A DNA stretch of 64,000 nucleotides from an uncultured delta proteobacterium (GTDB lineage: Bacteria; Desulfobacterota; Syntrophia; Syntrophales; Fen-1087). Shown one piece after another: positions 56,959 to 64,000 of this stretch. The notes under the pieces were generated by a model. That model made no database searches. It saw only the letters and a program-made list of their open reading frames with translations, and was not told the origin of the DNA. The DNA lies in contig CAVPSX010000012.1 in assembly GCA_963708515.1 (NCBI GenBank), positions 409,185-473,184 of the forward strand. Direction: 5' to 3'. Within the stretch, counting starts at the first letter, position 1; the number at the start of each line of letters is the position of its first letter. Made by a program: the position numbers and the translations under genes.

Positions 56959-59334
56959 ATGGCTAAATTGACCCTCAGGGAATGGCTGGCACGGATGGAA
57001 AGCAACGGACGTTTCATGGAGAATGTCCGGGCCGTCAAACGCCTGCCGGCTGCGCAGGGCCGCTTTGCCGATTTTCCGGATTGGGTTCATCCCCGCCTGA
57101 GTCAGGTACTCGATAAAAGGGGGATCCGGAAGCTTTACAGCCATCAGGTCGAAGCGATTGACCTGGTCCGGCAGGGCCGCAATGTGGTTCTGGTGACGCC
57201 CACTGCCAGCGGCAAGACCCTCTGTTACAACCTGCCGGTACTCCAGCAGATCCTGGTGGAGCCGGAAACGCGCGCCCTATACCTATTTCCGACGAAAGCC
57301 CTGGCCCAGGACCAGATGCATGAGATCCACTCCCTGATCGGTGAACTCGGCGCCGATATCAAGACCTATACCTACGACGGCGACACACCCGACGACGCCC
57401 GCCAGGCGATCCGCAAACAGGGCCATGTGGTCGTCACCAATCCCGATATGCTGCACGCAGGGATTCTGCCCCATCACACGAAGTGGCAGAAACTCTTCAC
57501 AAACCTGAAATACGTGGTGATTGACGAACTGCACGTTTACCGGGGCGTCTTCGGCTCCCATCTGACCAACGTCATGCGCCGGCTTATGCGGGTCTGCCAA
57601 TTCTACGGCGCCCAGCCGGTGTTTATCTGCTGCTCGGCCACCGTGGCCAACCCGCAGGAACACGCGCAGCGCCTGCTGGAAAGGCCGATGGAACTGATCG
57701 CCACGAGCGGCGCCCCTGCCGCCGCCAAGACCTTTATGCTTTTCAATCCGCCGATCGTGAACCGGGAACTGGGAATCCGTCAGTCCGCCCTGACCCCGGC
57801 CCGTAAACTCGCCACAGACCTGATTGCCAACGCAATTCAGACGATCGTTTTCACCACCAGCCGCCTGAATGTGGAAGTTCTGACAAAATATCTGAAGGAT
57901 CAATTCACGCGTGGAAAACCGCTGGATACGAAGTTCGTCACGGGATACCGGGGCGGCTACCTCCCGCATCTGCGCCGACAGATCGAGGCGGGGTTGCGCA
58001 ACCGGGACGTGATGGGCGTGGTCAGTACCAACGCCCTGGAACTGGGCATCGATATCGGCGATCTGGAAGCCTGCATCATGGTCGGCTACCCCGGCACCAT
58101 CGCCAGCACCTGGCAGCAGGCGGGCCGCGCCGGACGGCGCATGGGGCAGAGCTTCGCGATCCTGATCGCCCGCAGCGGCCCTATGGATCAGTTTATCGTC
58201 GAGCATCCGGATTATTTCTTCTCCCGGTCGCCGGAGCACTGCCGCGTCAATCCGGACAACCTGCTGATCCTGCTGCACCATCTGAAAAGCGCCGCCTTCG
58301 AACTCCCTTTCGAGAAGGGCGAACATTTCGGGAGAGAAAATATCGAAGAGCTGCTTGATTATCTTGCAGAGAAGGGCGTTTTGCACCGCGTGGCCGACCG
58401 GTGGCACTGGGCTGCGGAAAGCTATCCCGCCGACGAGATCAGCCTGCGCAGCGTCAATCCCGAAAATGTCGTTGTTGTCGATACGTCCGAGACCGGGCAG
58501 CACAAGGTGATCGCGGAGGTGGACTGGGACGGCGCCTTTACTACGGTGCATACCGATGCGATCTATATGGTCGAATCCCAGCAATACCATGTGGATCAAC
58601 TGGATTTGGAGCGGAAGAAGGCCTATGTGCGGAAGGTGGATGTGGATTATTACACCGATGCCATGACCTATACCCATGTCCGGGTGATTGACGGTTTTGA
58701 CCAAAAAAAACAACGTGATACGATCGTGGAGCATGGCGAAGTGCAGGTCGTCCGGAAGGTGGTGGGCTACAAGAAAATCAAGTTTTATACCCTCGAAAAT
58801 CTGGGCTTCGGGGATGTCAACCTTCCCGAGAAGGATATGCACACCACGAGCTACTGGTTCACCATCCCAAAGGACCTCCTGACGCAACTGTCATACTCCC
58901 AGGCGGAAATCATCGATGGATTGGCCGGTCTGGGCTACAGTCTCCATCACCTGGCCGCCATGCTGCTCATGGCCGATCTGCATGATCTCGACCGCGCCAT
59001 CGGCGATAAAAGCGGCGAGTGGTTCGTCCGCCACGGCCCGAAGGCAAGGATCATCACGGCATCACCTGCCGGCGCGAACGACCCGTCGGCAGGCCAGACG
59101 CTGACGATGGTGGACGCCTTTGATCCGACCCTGTTTATTTTTGATGCTTATCCGGGCGGGATCGGTTTTTCGGAACTTCTGTATCAGGAACATGCTCGCC
59201 TGCTCTCTTCGGCGCAGCAGCTCATCGGCCATTGTTCCTGCACGCACGGCTGTCCGACCTGCGTCGGGCCCACACTGGAGGTCGGCCTGTCGGCCAAAGA
59301 GGTGGCTCTGTCCATCATTGCATTGATCCTATGA
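56959..59334 (+). CDS. DEAD/DEAH-box helicase with C-terminal DUF1998 zinc module (MrfA/YprA-like)
   Basis: Motif I TPTASGKT, motif II VIDELH, a helicase C domain and the C-terminal Cys cluster CSCTHGCPTCV. Confidence 0.85.
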   Translation: MAKLTLREWLARMESNGRFMENVRAVKRLPAAQGRFADFPDWVHPRLSQVLDKRGIRKLYSHQVEAIDLVRQGRNVVLVTPTASGKTLCYNLPVLQQILVEPETRALYLFPTKALAQDQMHEIHSLIGELGADIKTYTYDGDTPDDARQAIRKQGHVVVTNPDMLHAGILPHHTKWQKLFTNLKYVVIDELHVYRGVFGSHLTNVMRRLMRVCQFYGAQPVFICCSATVANPQEHAQRLLERPMELIATSGAPAAAKTFMLFNPPIVNRELGIRQSALTPARKLATDLIANAIQTIVFTTSRLNVEVLTKYLKDQFTRGKPLDTKFVTGYRGGYLPHLRRQIEAGLRNRDVMGVVSTNALELGIDIGDLEACIMVGYPGTIASTWQQAGRAGRRMGQSFAILIARSGPMDQFIVEHPDYFFSRSPEHCRVNPDNLLILLHHLKSAAFELPFEKGEHFGRENIEELLDYLAEKGVLHRVADRWHWAAESYPADEISLRSVNPENVVVVDTSETGQHKVIAEVDWDGAFTTVHTDAIYMVESQQYHVDQLDLERKKAYVRKVDVDYYTDAMTYTHVRVIDGFDQKKQRDTIVEHGEVQVVRKVVGYKKIKFYTLENLGFGDVNLPEKDMHTTSYWFTIPKDLLTQLSYSQAEIIDGLAGLGYSLHHLAAMLLMADLHDLDRAIGDKSGEWFVRHGPKARIITASPAGANDPSAGQTLTMVDAFDPTLFIFDAYPGGIGFSELLYQEHARLLSSAQQLIGHCSCTHGCPTCVGPTLEVGLSAKEVALSIIALIL

Positions 59335-60644
59335 GCGTCATCAAACGTCTGCAACGACTCACCGGCGAATCGACCCGGCAAACGGAAAAACCGGACCGCA
59401 GCGAAGAAATCGCTGCGCTGCGCAAACGCATCGATGCGGTCATGGCACGCCGGCAAGAAGTCAGAGCATCCGCACTCAGCCAATCAGGCCGCCTGTCCCC
59501 CAGCCTGACAGACGTCATTCCAGGGGAAGTCTGTGCCAATAGCGCCGGCGTCTGTTTCATTCAGGAGAGTCCGGTCGATGCAAGCGCCTGGCACGGTCAT
59601 CGCCGTATCAGAGACTTTGCCGGAGTGAGCATGGAGGCCGCCTCCTTTCTGGCCAATAACGCCTCGCTGGCCGGATATCGGCTCGAAGAAGGCCTGTTTC
59701 TGGACACAGAGACCACCGGGCTGGCCGGCGGCACGGGTACGATGGCTTTTCTGATCGGACTGGGATGGTTCGATCGGGAACGTTTCATCGTCCGACAGAT
59801 CTTCGCGCGCGATTTTACGGAGGAACGGGCCGCCCTGATCCACCTTGCTCAGATCGCCGGCGACAGGCGTTTCCTGGTCAGTTTCAACGGGAAGACCTTC
59901 GACGTGGGACTGCTGTCCACACGCTATATCATGAACCGCCTGCCCTGCCCCCTCACGGATCTGCCCCATCTGGATCTGCTCTATCCTGCCCGGCGTCTCA
60001 TCGCGCACCGTCTCGAAAACTGTCGTCTGTCAACCATTGAAGCACAGATTCTCGGCCTGATCCGCCGCAATGACGTGCCGGGAGCCGACATCCCTCAGCG
60101 ATATTTCGACTGGCTGCGTGGGGGAGACGCCCGCCTGCTACAGGATGTCTTCACACATAACCGCCTCGACATTATCTCCCTGGCTGCCCTGATGGGCCAT
60201 CTGGCAGCGTTGACGCAATGCCGCCAGGAAACCGCCCATGCCGATGCGCACGATCTTCTGGCTGTTGCCCGGCTATACGCCGAGCGGCAACGAACCGGCC
60301 AGGCGCAACACCTGCTCTCATCACTCGTACAATCGCGCGAACCCGACCTCCGCAAGGCTTCACGGAAAATGCTTTCTCTGCTCTGCAAACGCACCGGCCG
60401 CTGGCACGACGCGGTCGATATGTGGCAAGAGATGATTCGGGATGATCCCGACGATCGGTTTGCCCTGATCGAATTGGCCAAGTGGTATGAACACCGGGCA
60501 CAGGATCACGCAGCGGCTCTGATACTTGTCGGACGCGTTCTCCGGCAGGAGGGCGGATGCATCACCGCAGTGGAAAGGGAGGCATTGATGCATCGTCGGC
60601 AACGCCTGCAGCGGCGACAGGCAGACAAAAATCCGGATAAATGA
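59331..60644 (+). CDS. RNase-H-fold exonuclease with C-terminal TPR-like region (MrfB/YprB-like)
   Basis: LFLDTETTGL (DEDD exo motif I), FNGKTFD and the THNRLD region. The start overlaps the helicase stop (ATGA). Confidence 0.75.
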   Translation: MSVIKRLQRLTGESTRQTEKPDRSEEIAALRKRIDAVMARRQEVRASALSQSGRLSPSLTDVIPGEVCANSAGVCFIQESPVDASAWHGHRRIRDFAGVSMEAASFLANNASLAGYRLEEGLFLDTETTGLAGGTGTMAFLIGLGWFDRERFIVRQIFARDFTEERAALIHLAQIAGDRRFLVSFNGKTFDVGLLSTRYIMNRLPCPLTDLPHLDLLYPARRLIAHRLENCRLSTIEAQILGLIRRNDVPGADIPQRYFDWLRGGDARLLQDVFTHNRLDIISLAALMGHLAALTQCRQETAHADAHDLLAVARLYAERQRTGQAQHLLSSLVQSREPDLRKASRKMLSLLCKRTGRWHDAVDMWQEMIRDDPDDRFALIELAKWYEHRAQDHAAALILVGRVLRQEGGCITAVEREALMHRRQRLQRRQADKNPDK

Positions 60645-60678
60645 TGGACATTCGGACTTTTTTATACAGCCGTTATGA

Positions 60679-60706
60679 TTGACAAAAAGAGAATCGTTGC
60701 TATATT
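60679..60706 (+). promoter_or_regulatory. sigma-70-type promoter TTGACA-N16-TATATT
   Basis: Exact -35 and a good -10, about 40 nt upstream of the TTG start at 60748. Confidence 0.55.
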
Positions 60707-60747
60707 AGCGAAAATAATTTTTTCACGATCTGCAAGGAGAATGCCCA

Positions 60748-61032
60748 TTGACGAATATTTATAAATGTAAAAAGCGGGGAGGGCTCGTTGAAGAGGTCTG
60801 CGAAGATTCAACCTGCGAATGGCGTCTAAAAAAAGAAGGATTTCTGAACTGTACCTGGGTGGCCTGTAACTTCGGCCCTTTCACGCTCGAAGAGGTGGGT
60901 GAGATGATGGGGGTAACCCGGGAAAGAATCCGGCAGATCGAAGCGAAGGCCCTGAAGAAATTGCAGCACAAGAAAAGAAGGGATCAACTGCGGGACTTCG
61001 CGTCACCCGACAATGACTGGGATGTGATCTGA
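60748..61032 (+). CDS. small Cys-rich protein with a sigma-70 region-4-like HTH
   Basis: [28 protein letters not shown] is a region-4.2-type HTH. The N-terminal half has 5 Cys. TTG start after AAGGAGA. Confidence 0.65.
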   Translation: MTNIYKCKKRGGLVEEVCEDSTCEWRLKKEGFLNCTWVACNFGPFTLEEVGEMMGVTRERIRQIEAKALKKLQHKKRRDQLRDFASPDNDWDVI

Positions 61033-61034
61033 CG

Positions 61035-61808
61035 CTATTTCTGCCCGCGTTTCTTCATCTGTTCGATAAAAATAAATTCATTCATGTGCGCTTTGCGTTC
61101 AGGCTTTGAAAAAAGCAGGCTGGATATGGCGAGTTCCATGTCCAGCGCCGAGCCTGGATCGAGTTGAGGCGTCATGAAGGATATTTTCTTAACGGCCTCG
61201 ACGGCATTCGCCGACCGCCTGGACAATTCTTCCGCCATGATCATCGCCTCTTTCATAAATGTTTCCGGCGGAGCGACTTTGTTCACCAGGCCGATCCGGA
61301 GGGCTTCCTTCGCTCCCAACGGCTCGCCAAGCATGGTGATTTCCTTCGCCTTGGCCAACCCGACAATCTGCCGCAAAGGATTGAAAAGCGGGTTCAACCC
61401 GAATTTCAGCTCCGGGTGTCCGAAAATAGCCGATTCTGAGGCAATAATCAGGTCGCAGACGATCGCAAGATTAAAACCGCCGCCCAGGGCGATGCCCCCT
61501 ACCGCCGCAATGACGGGTTTCCGGCAGGTATAGATGCGCTTCAGGTAACCGACTATGGATTTAAAGAAATCGTCCGTGTCACGGTCCGGCATGGCGGCCA
61601 TTTCCTTGATATCTATCCCTGCCGAAAAGACATAATCGCCTCCCGTAAGAATAATGGCCCTGACGTCCGTAGCTTCTTCAAGCCTGATAAAGCAGTCCTC
61701 AAGTTCATCACGCATGGCCCGGGACAGGGCGTTCATTTCGTTGGGACGGTTCAGGGTGACAATGGCGTAGCCTGTTTTCTTCTCAAGCAAAATGGTCTTT
61801 GTATTCAT
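61035..61808 (-). CDS. enoyl-CoA hydratase (crotonase)
   Basis: ILTGGDYVFSAGIDIKE and PVIAAVGGIALGGGFNLAIVCDLIIA motifs. Confidence 0.9.
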   Translation of the reverse strand: MNTKTILLEKKTGYAIVTLNRPNEMNALSRAMRDELEDCFIRLEEATDVRAIILTGGDYVFSAGIDIKEMAAMPDRDTDDFFKSIVGYLKRIYTCRKPVIAAVGGIALGGGFNLAIVCDLIIASESAIFGHPELKFGLNPLFNPLRQIVGLAKAKEITMLGEPLGAKEALRIGLVNKVAPPETFMKEAMIMAEELSRRSANAVEAVKKISFMTPQLDPGSALDMELAISSLLFSKPERKAHMNEFIFIEQMKKRGQK

Positions 61809-62089
61809 TCCGGTGCATTTATCCTTTTCTTAATATCCTTCCCCACCCTGAAGAAAGGCGAACGCCGCGTCTCAACATGAATCGAGGCGCCGCTTCTGGG
61901 ATTTCTCGCCTTACGGGCATGATGGCGCCGAACGGTAAAGCTGCCGAATCCGCGCACATCGATCCGCTCATCCTTCTTCAGCGCCTCCGTCATGGCTGCA
62001 AAGATAATGTTCACCGCAAGAGCCACATCTTTTGACGGAAAATCCTTCACTCGGCGTTGCACCATCCGAATCAGATCTTTTTTCGTCAT
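61805..62089 (-). CDS. ihfB: integration host factor beta subunit / HU-family DNA-binding protein
   Basis: MTKKDLI..., a GFGSFTVRRHHARKARNPRSG arm, 94 aa, and the conserved rpsA-proximal position. Confidence 0.85.
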   Translation of the reverse strand: MTKKDLIRMVQRRVKDFPSKDVALAVNIIFAAMTEALKKDERIDVRGFGSFTVRRHHARKARNPRSGASIHVETRRSPFFRVGKDIKKRINAPE

Positions 62090-62111
62090 GACTCTTCCTG
62101 TTTCCGACGGC

Positions 62112-62999
62112 TCACCGTTGATAGAGGTAATTCAATCCCTCCTGGCGGCTTTCGCTTTTCTGCATTTCCACCACCAGTGTTGTGACCGCCTGATGGAGGA
62201 TCAGTTCCCAGAAAGTCGATTTCATTTTTGCGGGATAGACAACATCGGGCTCACCTTTGATGCCCGCAAGGGTCCCGGCGAGACGGACGGCATAACTCAG
62301 ATCGCCAAGCTCATCCACGAGACCCAGCTTCTTTGCCTGTCTCCCCGTAAACAGACGGCCATCGGCAATCTTTCGTAAATCGTCTTTGGAAATCCTCCTG
62401 TCCTTTGCCACGACATCCAGGAACTGGTCATAGGTGTCATCCACCAGAGATTGGATCAGCGCCTTTTCGTCCTCGGTCATGGGCCGCGTCGGCGATCCGA
62501 TGTCCTTGAAGCGGCCGCTTTTGACAACGGACGATTTCAGACCAATTTTTTTCAGCAGCTCTTCCACGTTGGCAAAATGCATGATGGCCGAAATGCTGCC
62601 GGTCACCGTGCCCGGACTGGCCACGATCCGATCCGCCGCACAGGCGATCAGATAACCGCCGGATGCCGCGATCGCCCCCATCGAAGCAACCACCTTCTTG
62701 TTCTTTTTCACACCCAGGATGGCGTCGTGAATTTCCTGGGCGGGCGTGACCCCGCCTCCCGGCGAATCGATACGGACAACGACTGCCTTGACGCTGTTGT
62801 CCTTGCCAAAGGCATCGAGCTGTCGGGTAATCTCCCGGGAATTCCGAATGATCCCTTCAACTGTCACGACCCCGACATGTTCGCCCCATACCAGGCTGCG
62901 CTTCCCGAAAAGGCCTCCCCCCATTGCTATCAACAGCAAAAAGATGAGGCCGACCAGCAGAAGCAGACAGAGTCCAAGAATGATCGGGTGTTTTCTCAT
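62112..62999 (-). CDS. sppA: signal peptide peptidase SppA (36K type, S49)
   Basis: N-terminal TM segment, IDSPGG, AASGGYLIACAAD and a GSIS serine region. Confidence 0.9.
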   Translation of the reverse strand: MRKHPIILGLCLLLLVGLIFLLLIAMGGGLFGKRSLVWGEHVGVVTVEGIIRNSREITRQLDAFGKDNSVKAVVVRIDSPGGGVTPAQEIHDAILGVKKNKKVVASMGAIAASGGYLIACAADRIVASPGTVTGSISAIMHFANVEELLKKIGLKSSVVKSGRFKDIGSPTRPMTEDEKALIQSLVDDTYDQFLDVVAKDRRISKDDLRKIADGRLFTGRQAKKLGLVDELGDLSYAVRLAGTLAGIKGEPDVVYPAKMKSTFWELILHQAVTTLVVEMQKSESRQEGLNYLYQR

Positions 63000-63040
63000 G
63001 ATAGAATGTTAATCCAAACGGGATTAACTCTGACGACTTC

Positions 63041-63190
63041 GTAAAAAGTCCATATGCTGCGTTGCGCTTCATCCATCGTCATTGCGGCGTACGCAAAAGT
63101 ACGCCTCATTCCTCATGATTCGCGCGCCTTGCCTCTGGCGCTTTGTTACGCAGCCGTCCCAGATTCAAGACTTTGCTGTTTTTTCGCAGC
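63041..63190 (+). repeat. family-2 palindromic intergenic element, copy X
   Basis: Aligns with the reverse complement of 8985-9098. Contains an internal perfect hairpin GGCGTAC-GCAAAA-GTACGCC, the outer pairing GCTGCGT/ACGCAGC and a partially duplicated 3' end followed by TTTTTT. Confidence 0.85.
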
Positions 63191-63192
63191 CG

Positions 63193-64000
63193 TTAACTTT
63201 TGATATCAATTTTTATATCGGCCAGCGCCAGGCCAAGGTTCGACCCCACGTTCTCACGGTTATTAAGATAGGAAACAGCAGGCGGCGCCTCATGCGGGGA
63301 CGGAGCTTCCAGCTCTTTGATGCTCAACCGGATCTTTCTGTTTTTAAGATCCACATTCTTGACCAAAGCCGAAACCAGGTCCCCCACCGCGAACAGATCC
63401 GAAGAGGCCTTGACGCGCTTCTGGCTGATCTCGGAAATGTGGACCAACCCCTCAATCCCTTCTTCCAGCTCGATGAAAATTCCAAAATCAGTTAAATTTG
63501 TGACTTTCCCGCTGACGACGGTTCCAACGGCATATTTCTGGTCCAGCCCATCCCATGGATTTTTCTCAATCTGCTTGACGCCGAGAGAAAACTTCTCGCT
63601 TGCCACATCGATATTTAATACCATGGCTTCGATTTCCTGGCCCTTTTTGAACAGTTCCGAGGGATGCTTGACGCGGTGTCTCCAGGAAATATCGGACATG
63701 TGGATCAACCCGTCAATCCCATCCTCTACGCCGACAAAGATGCCGAAATTGGTAATATTCCGAATGACCCCCTTGATAATCGTCCCTTCGGGATACTTGT
63801 TTTTAAGGGTTTCCCAAGGGTTCAGTGTGGTTTGTTTGAGTCCCAGCGAGATACGCTTAGAAGCCGCATTGACCTCTAATACCATCACGTTAACCCGGTC
63901 GTCGACATTCAGCACCTTGGAGGGATGTCTCATCTCGCGCGTCCAGAACATCTCGGAGATATGGATCAAACCTTCCACGCCCGATTCAAGTTCCACAAAT
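63193..64000 (-). CDS. rpsA: 30S ribosomal protein S1 (C-terminal part; gene continues beyond the window)
   Basis: Three tandem S1 domains (G.V.....FG.F..L..G..GL.H.SE pattern). The ORF is open to the window edge. Confidence 0.9.
   Translation of the reverse strand, partial: FVELESGVEGLIHISEMFWTREMRHPSKVLNVDDRVNVMVLEVNAASKRISLGLKQTTLNPWETLKNKYPEGTIIKGVIRNITNFGIFVGVEDGIDGLIHMSDISWRHRVKHPSELFKKGQEIEAMVLNIDVASEKFSLGVKQIEKNPWDGLDQKYAVGTVVSGKVTNLTDFGIFIELEEGIEGLVHISEISQKRVKASSDLFAVGDLVSALVKNVDLKNRKIRLSIKELEAPSPHEAPPAVSYLNNRENVGSNLGLALADIKIDIKS

Noticed and set aside
57283-58887. 534-aa - strand ORF
   Set aside because: It is antisense to the DEAD/DUF1998 helicase. It has no motifs and the typical shadow-ORF composition.
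63082-63495. 137-aa + strand ORF (MRRTQKYASFLMIRAP...)
   Set aside because: It starts inside family-2 repeat copy X and then runs antisense to rpsA. It is spurious.

Overview
This is a 64-kb, gene-dense chromosomal window with moderately high GC. From gene content I infer an anaerobic, syntrophic or sulfate-reducer-type deltaproteobacterium (Syntrophales-like). The supporting genes are a tungsten-type aldehyde:ferredoxin oxidoreductase, a 4-hydroxybutyryl-CoA dehydratase, three CoA-transferase families, acyl-CoA dehydrogenase and crotonases, a sigma-54 two-component system and a stand-alone EF-G paralogue. I call about 55 protein genes. I recognised no rRNA, tRNA, CRISPR array, transposase, integrase or prophage genes. 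Other modules are a B12-radical-SAM/acyltransferase/toroid/methyltransferase/GT4 tailoring cluster, an ArnT-like/PAP2 pair, a MacAB-type efflux operon, recC-recB without recD, a multi-PAS GGDEF protein, an MrfA/MrfB-like helicase-exonuclease pair and ihfB-sppA-rpsA at the right edge. The strongest signal that gene calls do not explain is two families of intergenic, imperfectly palindromic repeat elements. Family 1 has four full copies of about 150-190 bp plus remnants. Family 2 has three copies of about 110-150 bp. Both have an A-run/long-hairpin/T-run architecture, and none is associated with a transposase. Other points worth checking are four genes split by single-base frameshifts (Tim44-like, YcaO, alpha/beta hydrolase, RecC), an orphan YcaO without TfuA, an EF-G/P-loop/ATP-grasp/zinc-ribbon cluster, two genes sharing one frame with no stop between them, an FtsX gene relic and an AT-rich M23-peptidase islet. 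All functional calls rest on motif recognition by eye, and no database search was run.
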